Virus record (IMG/VR): IMGVR_UViG_3300013342_000002
Length of the DNA stretch: 64,000 bases
Reading direction: 5' to 3' (one strand)
From: an uncultured virus (IMG/VR IMGVR_UViG_3300013342_000002)
Lineage: Duplodnaviria > Heunggongvirae > Uroviricota > Caudoviricetes
A program made the translations under genes and the position numbers. The notes under the pieces are model-generated. The model did not search any database and was not told where the DNA came from. It worked only from the letters and a program-made list of their open reading frames with translations. Every line of letters begins with the position of its first letter. Position 1 is the first letter of the stretch. Positions 47,358 through 55,886 of this stretch are shown piece by piece.

Positions 47358-48028
47358 CGCACTCTCCCTATGATGGTTATGGGGTGGCGCGGGTCGTCCA
47401 TCTTCCGCGGCTTGCGCCAGTTGTGATCGCCCTTTTCGTTCAGGGCATCGAAATAGATGTCATCGCCAAATGTCCGGCAGCGCTTCACGCTGTACTCGCT
47501 GCCTGCGATACCCGCAGCCATGATGACGAACAGCTTGTCGTCGGCTGGGCGCGTGTCGCTGGTATCGAAAAGGATCGCGTCCCCTGACTGGATGCGGGGG
47601 AGCATTGAGTCGCCTTTGCCATAGAAGACGGCAAGCCGCGCGGGGATTAGGCGCTTACGGGCCAAGGACGACGCGCGAAACTTCAGGCGATGGGTCTCGG
47701 CGTATTCGATCGCCTCCATGCCATCGCCAAGGCCGGCAGCCTGGCTGTAGCCGAGGATGTCTACCGTGTCGTCGTCATTCGCAGCCTGTGCGACGTCGGC
47801 CCCTGATTCTTCATCTGTCACAGACGAATCCAGGAAGTAGTCCACGCGGCGGCCGGTGATACGGGCCAGGGCCGGTAGGTTCGACTTCTCGATCTTCCCC
47901 GTCTTGACCCAGCCAGTGACCGCCTGCGCGCTGATGCCAAGCTCGCGCGCAACGGCGGCCTGTGTGCCTCGGCCGGCGTTGTCGAACGCGTAGCGCACGC
48001 GCCGCGCCATTTCATCGTTATCAAGCAT
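47333..48028 (-). CDS. cI: CI repressor (XRE HTH + S24 peptidase)
   Basis: QAAVARELGISAQAVTGW; GDSM; VKR. Confidence 0.95.
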   Translation of the reverse strand: MLDNDEMARRVRYAFDNAGRGTQAAVARELGISAQAVTGWVKTGKIEKSNLPALARITGRRVDYFLDSSVTDEESGADVAQAANDDDTVDILGYSQAAGLGDGMEAIEYAETHRLKFRASSLARKRLIPARLAVFYGKGDSMLPRIQSGDAILFDTSDTRPADDKLFVIMAAGIAGSEYSVKRCRTFGDDIYFDALNEKGDHNWRKPRKMDDPRHPITIIGRVRWIGSWED

Positions 48029-48104
48029 GGGTTGATGGTAGCGGCGGGCTACCGGCGTCCGTAATAAGGCAGCGCTTGACTTCGCACTAAAGCGGTGCTT
48101 TAGT
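48021..48104. promoter_or_regulatory. OR operators and PR (TTGACT-17-TTTAGT)
   Basis: TCAAGCATGGGTTGA 48021-48035, TAAGGCAGCGCTTGA 48065-48079, TAAAGCGGTGCTTTA 48088-48102. Confidence 0.78.
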
Positions 48105-48110
48105 TTACTC

Positions 48111-48347
48111 ATGAGCGCAATCCAGACAGCCATCGACCGATACGCGATGCCTCAGGCCGCCGTAGCGCGCCACCTGCAGGTGACCCCTCAGGCAGTCCAT
48201 CAATGGGTCAAGGGCGTTCGCCCAGTTCCCCCTCGCTTGGCTCTCGTGATTGAGGCCGACACGGGGGTAACCCGCCACGAGCTTCGTCCTGACGTCTTCG
48301 GGGAAACCGCTCCGAAGGTTGGGCGCCGCCGGCGCGCAGCCGCCTGA
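48111..48347 (+). CDS. cro: Cro/YdaS-like regulator
   Basis: QAAVARHLQVTPQAVHQWV..VTRHELRPDVFG. Confidence 0.9.
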   Translation: MSAIQTAIDRYAMPQAAVARHLQVTPQAVHQWVKGVRPVPPRLALVIEADTGVTRHELRPDVFGETAPKVGRRRRAAA

Positions 48348-48357
48348 CATGACCACC

Positions 48358-48531
48358 TCACCGACCCCGGGCAGGGAAGGGCACCACGGTGCCGCTGCCG
48401 GGAGCGGGCGGGTTCTTTCGCTCCACCTGGGTGATTCGCACCCGATCCCCGTAGCGCCTCAGCACGAACAGCCGGCCGGCAACCGGCACCAGTTCAACGA
48501 CACCGCTCGACCGCGTCACCTCTGAATTCAC
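48358..48531 (-). CDS. small antisense-strand ORF between cro and cII-like gene
   Basis: 57-aa ORF from GTG 48531 filling an otherwise empty gap. Confidence 0.4.
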   Translation of the reverse strand: MNSEVTRSSGVVELVPVAGRLFVLRRYGDRVRITQVERKNPPAPGSGTVVPFPARGR

Positions 48532-48598
48532 TTGGCTCAATCCGTTGTGGGTTGGGCCTTTATTCCGCCCAAAGGCACTTGGAAACGATAGGCAACGC

Positions 48599-49105
48599 AT
48601 GGAAACGTTTGGCAACCAAAAGGCTCTCCCCCTCGCGTTTGGCGTACACCACGCCCCGAAGGATGCGCCCTCCCAGATCGTCCGGCAGATCGAATCGGCG
48701 GCGCACGCGCTGGCCGTGATGATCCGCGCCGGCCACCACAAGCTGGAGTACGTGGCGGCCTGCATCGGCAAGTCGAAGTCCTACATCTCGCGGATGCAGA
48801 ACGGCGTCCGCCCGATCCCTGAGAAGCTGGTCGGCCCGCTGTGCGCCGCGACCGGCTCCAATCTCCTTCGCCAGTTCCTCAACCTGCAGGCCGCTCTGGA
48901 CGGCATCTGCGAGGTCGAGCGCCTGGCCGACCTGATGAGGTCCGCCAATGAAGAACCGCGAGCTGCTGCAGCATCTGGACGAGTGCATCCGGGTCATCGA
49001 GTCCAGCCCGCCTATGACGCGCGAGGAGATCGTCGCGCACCTGTCCCGATGCGCGGCCGAGCAGGCCAGGGCGGAAGCCCGGCGCACGGCTACGCCGCAG
49101 CCTGA
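48599..49105 (+). CDS. CII-like HTH regulator
   Basis: Position after cro; VAACIGKSKSYISRM; 10-bp periodic repeats over its start. Confidence 0.6.
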   Translation: METFGNQKALPLAFGVHHAPKDAPSQIVRQIESAAHALAVMIRAGHHKLEYVAACIGKSKSYISRMQNGVRPIPEKLVGPLCAATGSNLLRQFLNLQAALDGICEVERLADLMRSANEEPRAAAASGRVHPGHRVQPAYDARGDRRAPVPMRGRAGQGGSPAHGYAAA

Positions 49106-49124
49106 CCTGTTGGGAGCGGCGTAA
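48948..49124 (+). CDS. 58-aa hypothetical protein (not in ORF track)
   Basis: GAGG RBS, MKNRELLQHLDEC.., TAATG-coupled to initiator. Confidence 0.6.
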   Translation: MKNRELLQHLDECIRVIESSPPMTREEIVAHLSRCAAEQARAEARRTATPQPDLLGAA

Positions 49125-49858
49125 TGCGCGACTACGGAAAGATCCACACTGGGTTCTGGGCCAGCGAGACCATGCTGGGGCTGGAATCCGATGCTCGCCT
49201 GCTGGCGATCTACCTGATGACGAGCCAGCACACGACGATGCTGGGTGCATTCCGGCTGCCCGATGCCTATGCCTGTGAGGATCTTGGCTGGAATTCGGAA
49301 CGGTTCCAGAACGGTTTGGAAACCCTTTCGGAAGCCGGGTTTGTGAAGTACGACCGCGCGACCAAGGTCGTCTGGATCGTCAAGTTCGTGAAGTGGAACC
49401 GCCCGGACAATCCGAACCAGCAGAAGTCCATCGCGAAGCTTGCCCAGGCTCTGCCTGACTCGCTGGCTTTCAAGGGTGAAATCCTCGCATCGATCGGAGT
49501 TTCCGAAACGGTTTCCAAACCGTTAGGAAACTCTCCTGTTCCTGCTCCTGTTCCTGTTTCTACTCCGGAGGGGATGCAAGGGGAGGTTCTGGCGATCCCG
49601 CTTGCCGACGGTTCCGAGTACGCCGTGACCGATGCCGAGCTGGCCGAATTCCGCGCCGCCTATCCCCGGATCGATGTGGTGGGCGAGATCCGCAAGGCCA
49701 GGGCGTGGGCGGTGGCCAACCCGCAGAACCGCAAGACACGGCGCGGCACGCCGAAGTTCATCAACGGCTGGCTGGGCCGAGCGACTGAGCGGGCGCCGGC
49801 GCAGGTCGTGCAGATCCCGCTGCAGGTCGCCGCTGGCGGCGGGAGGACGCCGCTGTGA
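49124..49858 (+). CDS. replication initiator
   Basis: MRDYGKI...FW..LAIYLMTS.H; KFINGWL; precedes DnaB. Confidence 0.8.
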   Translation: MRDYGKIHTGFWASETMLGLESDARLLAIYLMTSQHTTMLGAFRLPDAYACEDLGWNSERFQNGLETLSEAGFVKYDRATKVVWIVKFVKWNRPDNPNQQKSIAKLAQALPDSLAFKGEILASIGVSETVSKPLGNSPVPAPVPVSTPEGMQGEVLAIPLADGSEYAVTDAELAEFRAAYPRIDVVGEIRKARAWAVANPQNRKTRRGTPKFINGWLGRATERAPAQVVQIPLQVAAGGGRTPL

Positions 49859-51126
49859 GCAACGTCGCCCCAGCTTTCGCCGAGGAGGCCGTGATCGGCG
49901 GCCTGCTGCAGGACAACCAGCGCTTCCACGACGTGGCGCCGCTGATCGGCGCAGACCACTTCACCAGCCCGCAGCGCGCTCGGGTGTTCGGTCTGATCCG
50001 CGACCGTGTGCTGGCCGGCGAGCCCGCCGACGCTGTGACGATCGGTGAGGCATCGCCGGACGACTTCGACTACGTGGTGCAATTGGCTGTCAACGTCCCC
50101 GGTTCATCGGCGGTAGTCGCCTACGCCGATCTGGTGCGCGAGAACTGGCGCCGTCGTGAAGCGGTGGCCGTAGGCCTGCAGCTGGTGGCGGCGGCTCGTG
50201 CCGGCGAGGAGGACGCAGTGGACGTGGCCGCTGGCCGGCTGCTGGCGCTCAACGCGGTGGTGACGGCATGCGAGTACACCGGCAAACAGGCGCTGCAGCA
50301 GGCGTGGCGCGAGGTGGAGCGCAACCATGCATCGGGTGGCGCTCTGCCGGGCATCCCGACTGGGCTGAGCGCGCTGGACGACATTCTCGGCGGCTGGCAC
50401 GACAGCGACCTGACGATAATCGGCGGCCGCCCGGCCATGGGCAAGACGGCGTTCCTCGGCGGCCTGATCGAAGCTGCGGCTGACGCCGGCAAGCGCCCTG
50501 GTGTGATCAGTGCCGAGCAGCCGGCCGTGCAGCTGGCCCTGCGTCGCCTATCGCTGGTGTCGTCCGTGGCCGCCTCTCGACTGCGCAGTGGACAGCTGGA
50601 GGACGAGGATTGGGGCCGGCTGCAGTCGAGCATGGGCCAGGCCATCGCGCGTGACATGTGGATCTACGACCGCTCCGCCGTGACGCTGGACGAGCTCGTA
50701 GGCATCGCCCGGAAGTGGAAGCACACCCACGGCATCGGATGCCTGTTCATCGACTACGCCCAGCGCATCACCGTGCCGCGTGCCGACCGCATCACCGAGG
50801 TCTCGCAGGTGGCACGCGGGATGAAGAACCTCGCGCGCGACCTGCAGATTCCGGTCATCTCCCTGGCTCAGGTGGTGAAGGGCGTCGACCAGCGGGTAGG
50901 GGACAAGCGCCCCACGGCCGGCGACCTTGCCAACAGCGACGAGCTGACCCGCGAGGCCGACCAGATCCTGATGCTGTACCGGGACGAGGTCTACAACCGC
51001 GAGACGCAGGACCGGGGCATCGCCGAGATCCTGATCGAGAAGAACCGCCACGGGCCGACCGGATTCAAGAAGGTCGCCTTCCTCAGCGAAACCATGCGCT
51101 TCGCAGACCTCGGGAGAGACTTCTGA
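49855..51126 (+). CDS. dnaB: replicative DNA helicase
   Basis: Walker A GRPAMGKT, IDYAQ, EKNRHGPTG. Confidence 0.95.
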   Translation: MSNVAPAFAEEAVIGGLLQDNQRFHDVAPLIGADHFTSPQRARVFGLIRDRVLAGEPADAVTIGEASPDDFDYVVQLAVNVPGSSAVVAYADLVRENWRRREAVAVGLQLVAAARAGEEDAVDVAAGRLLALNAVVTACEYTGKQALQQAWREVERNHASGGALPGIPTGLSALDDILGGWHDSDLTIIGGRPAMGKTAFLGGLIEAAADAGKRPGVISAEQPAVQLALRRLSLVSSVAASRLRSGQLEDEDWGRLQSSMGQAIARDMWIYDRSAVTLDELVGIARKWKHTHGIGCLFIDYAQRITVPRADRITEVSQVARGMKNLARDLQIPVISLAQVVKGVDQRVGDKRPTAGDLANSDELTREADQILMLYRDEVYNRETQDRGIAEILIEKNRHGPTGFKKVAFLSETMRFADLGRDF

Positions 51127-51593
51127 TGAAACGAACCTTCCTGATCGACCCGCCGAACAACTGCAACTGGGCGCAGGTGGTTTCCAACGTCGTGCGCGCC
51201 ATCGACGAATGGCTCAAAGGCGGTCCGGTGCAGATCACCCTGGACGAGCCGAAGCGGACGCTGGACCAGAACGCTGCGATGTGGCCGGCACTCAGCGACA
51301 TCGCCAAGCAGGTGCCGCTGGTGATCACCCGCCGCGACGGCAGCACCAGGCAGGCCACGGCCTACGACTGGAAGGACGTCCTCACCGCTGCGTTCGAGGA
51401 GGAAACCGAGTGGGCGCCCGGCCTGCGCGGTGGCGTGGTGATGCTCGGTGCCCGGACCAGCAAGTACAGCCGCCGGAGGATGGGCGACTTCCTCACCTTC
51501 ATCCACGCGGAGTTCTCGGACCGGGTGCGCTGGTCGGACAGCGCTGTGGAAAAACTGGCGCAGTTCGCGCCGCCAAGCAGGAGGGTTGCGTGA
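51126..51593 (+). CDS. ninB: NinB/Orf recombination protein
   Basis: KRTLDQNAAMWPALSDIAKQV..WKDVLTA..RTSK. Confidence 0.9.
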   Translation: MKRTFLIDPPNNCNWAQVVSNVVRAIDEWLKGGPVQITLDEPKRTLDQNAAMWPALSDIAKQVPLVITRRDGSTRQATAYDWKDVLTAAFEEETEWAPGLRGGVVMLGARTSKYSRRRMGDFLTFIHAEFSDRVRWSDSAVEKLAQFAPPSRRVA

Positions 51594-51877
51594 TGGGCAG
51601 CTCACTGGACTACGTTCTGGCGCAGCTCTGCTTCCTTGGCCGTTCGAAAGACGTTGCCCGGATCAGGTTGGGCGTAATCGTCCGCATGGACCGAGCGAGT
51701 TGCAGCACAGCGCGCTGGCGTCTGCGGCCGAGCTGTTTCGGCAGTAGGCATGACTTGGCCAAAGCGCAGCTGGAGCTGCTCGCAGGCCGTGATGCCTTCT
51801 TCCGCGGGAAGCGCGTAACGAGGGAGGAACTCGCCAGGATGAGGAAGCCTCGCTACCGGTGGGAGGTGCGCCGATGA
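51593..51877 (+). CDS. hypothetical protein
   Basis: TGATG-coupled ORF. Confidence 0.5.
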   Translation: MGSSLDYVLAQLCFLGRSKDVARIRLGVIVRMDRASCSTARWRLRPSCFGSRHDLAKAQLELLAGRDAFFRGKRVTREELARMRKPRYRWEVRR

Positions 51878-52176
51878 ACTACCGCGACCGCGCCCTGCTG
51901 GACCTCGCCTACCAGCTCAACTGCACCCTGCAGATCGATGGGGTATGCGAGGGCGGCCCGGGCGAACCGTGCCACAGCAACCAGTCCCGTCATGGCAAGG
52001 GCGGCAGCATCAAGGCGCACGACTGCTTCTTCGCCAGCGGGTGCCGGAGCTGCCACCGCGAGCTCGACCAAGGGAAGCGCTTCACCCGCGAGGAGAAGGC
52101 CGACATCTGGCAGCGGGCGCACGACCTGACCATGTTGCAGCTGTGGCAGCAGGGTTACCTGCGGGTGCGCGCATGA
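51874..52176 (+). CDS. DUF1364-like HNH-type protein
   Basis: CTLQIDGVC..CH..GKG..KAHD..GCRSCH..D. Confidence 0.8.
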   Translation: MNYRDRALLDLAYQLNCTLQIDGVCEGGPGEPCHSNQSRHGKGGSIKAHDCFFASGCRSCHRELDQGKRFTREEKADIWQRAHDLTMLQLWQQGYLRVRA

Positions 52177-52646
52177 GGATCCTGGCCATCGACCCCGGCA
52201 CCGAGGAAAGCGGGTGGTGCCTGCTGAAGGATGGGAGTGTCCTGGAATCCGGCGTGATGCCGAACCATGAGCTGTTGACGGTAGTGGCCGGATGGAGCCG
52301 CTACAGTGAGGACGAGCTGGCCATCGAGATGATCGCCAGCTACGGCATGGCGGTGGGCCGCGAGGTGTTCGAGACCTGCGTGTGGGTAGGCCGGTTCGCT
52401 CAGGCCTGGCACCAGCCAAACACCGTCCGCCTCGTATACCGCCGTGACGTGAAGCTGCACCTATGCGGCAACGTCAAGGCCAAGGACGCCAACATCCGGC
52501 AGGCGCTGCTGGACCTGCTCGGGCCGCAGGGTACCAAGAAGGCACCGGGGCCGACCTATGGCGTCAAGTCGCACGCGTGGGCCGCGCTGGGTGTAGCCGT
52601 GACCGTGGCTGGCATCACCCCGGAGAACTGCCGGAGGGTCGCGTGA
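52173..52646 (+). CDS. RuvC-like Holliday junction resolvase
   Basis: MRILAIDPG..LAIE..VK..CG..AKD. Confidence 0.75.
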   Translation: MRILAIDPGTEESGWCLLKDGSVLESGVMPNHELLTVVAGWSRYSEDELAIEMIASYGMAVGREVFETCVWVGRFAQAWHQPNTVRLVYRRDVKLHLCGNVKAKDANIRQALLDLLGPQGTKKAPGPTYGVKSHAWAALGVAVTVAGITPENCRRVA

Positions 52647-52840
52647 ACCCGACCTTCAGCCAGTACACAACCCCGGAGCTGGAGATCGTCGCCCGGCTGG
52701 ATCACGCCCTGGCCGACGAGATCTTCAGCCTGCACCGGCAGGGCTACGACGTGCGCGAGGTGCTGCACGAGGCCCGCGCGTTCAAGACCGAAGCGCAGTT
52801 GATGCGCCGCGAGATCAACCGCAGGAAGGCACGCCCATGA
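52643..52840 (+). CDS. hypothetical protein
   Basis: GGAGG RBS, GTGA-coupled. Confidence 0.55.
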   Translation: MNPTFSQYTTPELEIVARLDHALADEIFSLHRQGYDVREVLHEARAFKTEAQLMRREINRRKARP

Positions 52841-53316
52841 GCCAGGTATCCCAACCCTACACCGGAGGTCGAAACATGGCCGCATCCGTTGAAGCTCCGC
52901 GCCGCACCGGTACAACTGAGGGTGTTCCGTTCCGGCAGGTCTGGAAACCGCGCGTGGTCTGCGTGGTCGACCCGACCAACCCGGCAGATGCCCTGAACGC
53001 CATCCTTCCACGAATCGCAGAGAACCAGCGCGGATGCACGGTAGCCAGCTTCCTACTAATCAACCCGGAGACCTCGCAGGCGTTCGTCCTGGCCGAGGAC
53101 AAGCCGGTGGCCGTGGAGATGGCCCGCAAGGGCGAGAAGTCTCCGTACTGGCCGTGGTTGGTGGGCAAGTACAGCTTCCCCCGTGTGACCGCCGAGGCCG
53201 CAGCGAACGTGCTGGAGGACATGCTGGAGCATCTGGGCATCGCCACGCCGGCGCCACGGAAGCGGCCCATGCCCGTGCAGCTCGACCTGTTCGACCTGTC
53301 TGGGCGCGCCGCGTGA
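52837..53316 (+). CDS. hypothetical protein
   Basis: Coupled ORF with QLDLF motif near C-terminus. Confidence 0.6.
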   Translation: MSQVSQPYTGGRNMAASVEAPRRTGTTEGVPFRQVWKPRVVCVVDPTNPADALNAILPRIAENQRGCTVASFLLINPETSQAFVLAEDKPVAVEMARKGEKSPYWPWLVGKYSFPRVTAEAAANVLEDMLEHLGIATPAPRKRPMPVQLDLFDLSGRAA

Positions 53317-53479
53317 CCGCGTACATGCGGCCCTCTACCGAGGCAGGTATCGGTAGCCCCAGCTGGCAGGTGGGTAACAGCCAGCGCCGAGGGAGCGGGT
53401 TGCCGCGTTGCGGCGGCGGTACCGGTTGCCACGCCGGAGCCGTGTCACTCATCGCCCGTGGGACCGAGGAGGCCCTGTC

Positions 53480-53686
53480 GTGAGCCTGGACCCGATCACG
53501 CAGGGCCTGCAGCACCTGGCCGGCCAGTTCAGCCTGACCCGGCAGGAGTGGCGCGACCACCACCGCGGCGGCGACTCGCTGCTGGATTCGCTGGTGAGCC
53601 ACGGCTACGCGCAGGAGAAGGGCGAGCGGTTCGGCATAACCCGGCAGGGGGAGGTGAGGCTGCAGGCGGAGGTGGCCAATGGCTGA
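53480..53686 (+). CDS. small winged-helix-like protein
   Basis: GAGGAGG RBS; LVSHGYA..ITRQGE. Confidence 0.55.
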   Translation: MSLDPITQGLQHLAGQFSLTRQEWRDHHRGGDSLLDSLVSHGYAQEKGERFGITRQGEVRLQAEVANG

Positions 53687-53993
53687 TTGGCTGTCCGGTG
53701 TCGAGAAGGAGCGGCTGGTCAAGGAGGTCAGTGACTGCGTGCGCGCCGGCGGCGACGTCGAGGGGGTCATCCGCGTCTGGTGTGATGGGCTCGCTCCCCG
53801 TGACCGGCAGGTCAGGGAAGGCGCGCGCTACACCGCCAAGGTAGTGGCGGAGCAGGTCGAGAGGGAGGAAGCCGAGAAGGCCGCCCGAGACGCGTTCCTG
53901 TCTGACGACATTGCCGTGGTGGAAGATCTGATCCAGCGCCTGCCCAAGGTACTGGAGCGGCTGAGGGCCGCAGAGGCCGCTAATGGCCGGTAA
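53679..53993 (+). CDS. hypothetical protein
   Basis: GGAGG RBS, overlaps neighbours. Confidence 0.6.
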   Translation: MADWLSGVEKERLVKEVSDCVRAGGDVEGVIRVWCDGLAPRDRQVREGARYTAKVVAEQVEREEAEKAARDAFLSDDIAVVEDLIQRLPKVLERLRAAEAANGR

Positions 53994-54471
53994 GCAGCCC
54001 AAGGCCAGCACGGCCAAGAAGCCGGGCAAGCCCATCGGTCGTCCGAGCAAGTACACGCAGGACCTGGCCGAGCGGGTATGCGTCCTGATCGCCCAAGGGG
54101 ACAGCATCGCCAAGATCGGCGAGACCGAGGGCATGCCTGATGCCCGAACCATCTTCCGCTGGCTGGCTGCCAATGCTGGCGGAGATGAGGATGATCCCGC
54201 CTCCTTCCGACAGCAGTACATGCGCGCGCGCGCGAGTCGGGCCGATGCTCGGTTCGAACGGCTGGACGAGATCATGCAGAAGGTCGAGGACGGCCGACTG
54301 GACCCTGCCGCTGCCCGCGTGATGATGGACGCCATCAAGTGGCAGTCCGGCAAGGAAAACGCCAAGCGCTACGGCGAGAAGGTGCAGTTGGCCGACGCTG
54401 ACGGCGAGAAGCTTCCAGCCCCGCCGCCGTTCTACGTCATGGGCGTGGTCCCGGCCAAGCAGGGCGAGTGA
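53983..54471 (+). CDS. terminase small subunit (Sf6 gp1-like)
   Basis: GRPSKYT..GMP...TIFRWL..FRQQY.RAR..RYGEK. Confidence 0.88.
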   Translation: MAGKQPKASTAKKPGKPIGRPSKYTQDLAERVCVLIAQGDSIAKIGETEGMPDARTIFRWLAANAGGDEDDPASFRQQYMRARASRADARFERLDEIMQKVEDGRLDPAAARVMMDAIKWQSGKENAKRYGEKVQLADADGEKLPAPPPFYVMGVVPAKQGE

Positions 54472-55835
54472 CCGTGTCGGCCAGGCCGAACCCGCTGGCA
54501 CCACACACCCCGGTGCACATCCCGGCCAAGCTGCTGCCGGTGCTGAAGCCCAAGCAGTTCAAGGTGCTGTACGGCGGCCGTGGCTCGGCCAAGTCGCACA
54601 CCGTGGCGCAGATCCTGGTGATGCTGTCGATGCAGGCCAAGCACCGCATCCTGTGCGTGCGCGAGATCCAGAAGTCGATCGCCCAGTCCTCCAAGCGGGT
54701 CATCGAGGACTACATCAACCGCATGGGCCTGTCGGCCTACTTCAAGATCAATAAGCAGGGCGAAGACCAGATCACCTGCGTCCTGACCGGCTCCACGTTC
54801 AGTTTCACGGGCCTGCAGGACCACACCGCCGACAGCATCAAGTCGTTCGAAGGAGCGACCATCGTGTGGGTGGAGGAGGCGTCCAACGTTTCGGCCAACA
54901 GCTGGAACAAGCTGATCCCGACCATCGTCCGCACCACCGGCGCCGAGATCTGGGTGACCTTCAACCCGGACCAGCAGGACGACTACGCCTACAAGCGCTG
55001 GGTGCTGGGCAACGACCCGGACGCGATCGTCATCCAGATCAACTGGCTGGATAACCCGTGGTGGAACCCGGCGATGGAGACGGAGCGCCTGAAGACGCTG
55101 GCAGTGTCGCAGGACCTGCACGACCACATCTTCGGCGGACAGCCCCGGGCCAAGGCCGGCATCCTGTTCAAGCGGCACTGGTTCAAGCGCTTCAGCCTGG
55201 GCGACGAGCCGAAGGGACTGCGCAAGTACCTGGCCAGCGACTATGCCGGCGCGCCGGACCCGGACGACCCCGAGGCCGCCCCCGACTGGACCGAGCATGG
55301 TTGTGCCGGCCTCGACCACGTGGGCGACATGTGGTTCGTGGACTGGTGGAGCGGGCAGGAAGACCCATCGGTGTGGATCGCCGCCCTGATGCAGATGGGC
55401 AGGCGCAACAAGCCGGTGATGGCGTTCGAGGAGATGGGCGTCATCCTGCGCACCACCGACGGCGCTATCCGCCGCGCGGCCAAGGCCACGCAGACGTTCG
55501 TGCACCGGGTGCCGCTGGCCAGTGCCGGCAGCAAGGCAGACCGCGCCCTGGGATTCGCTGCCCGCGCTGCCACGGGCTCGGTGCACATCCCGAACACCGA
55601 ATGGGGCGACCGGCTGATCGACCAGCTGTGCGCCTTCACCGGCGAGGACGGCCGCCGCGACGACATGGTGGACGTGTGCAGCCTGTTCGGCCGTGGCATC
55701 GACCTCATGGCCGACGGCAGCCTGCCGCCCGAGGCAAAGCCGGCTCCGCCCGCGCCATTCACCGATCCGTGGTTCAAGCAGCGTGACGCCGCCGACCGCG
55801 ACGAGGACGAGAAGACGGCGCGCTACTACCGTTGA
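54468..55835 (+). CDS. terminase large subunit, PBSX family
   Basis: YGGRGSAKS, WVEEA, TFNP, DDMVD. Confidence 0.95.
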   Translation: MTVSARPNPLAPHTPVHIPAKLLPVLKPKQFKVLYGGRGSAKSHTVAQILVMLSMQAKHRILCVREIQKSIAQSSKRVIEDYINRMGLSAYFKINKQGEDQITCVLTGSTFSFTGLQDHTADSIKSFEGATIVWVEEASNVSANSWNKLIPTIVRTTGAEIWVTFNPDQQDDYAYKRWVLGNDPDAIVIQINWLDNPWWNPAMETERLKTLAVSQDLHDHIFGGQPRAKAGILFKRHWFKRFSLGDEPKGLRKYLASDYAGAPDPDDPEAAPDWTEHGCAGLDHVGDMWFVDWWSGQEDPSVWIAALMQMGRRNKPVMAFEEMGVILRTTDGAIRRAAKATQTFVHRVPLASAGSKADRALGFAARAATGSVHIPNTEWGDRLIDQLCAFTGEDGRRDDMVDVCSLFGRGIDLMADGSLPPEAKPAPPAPFTDPWFKQRDAADRDEDEKTARYYR

Positions 55836-55886
55836 TGCCTCCGGCAGCTCGGGCACCTTGGGGCCAGTTCGCACACCGGCCCGACC

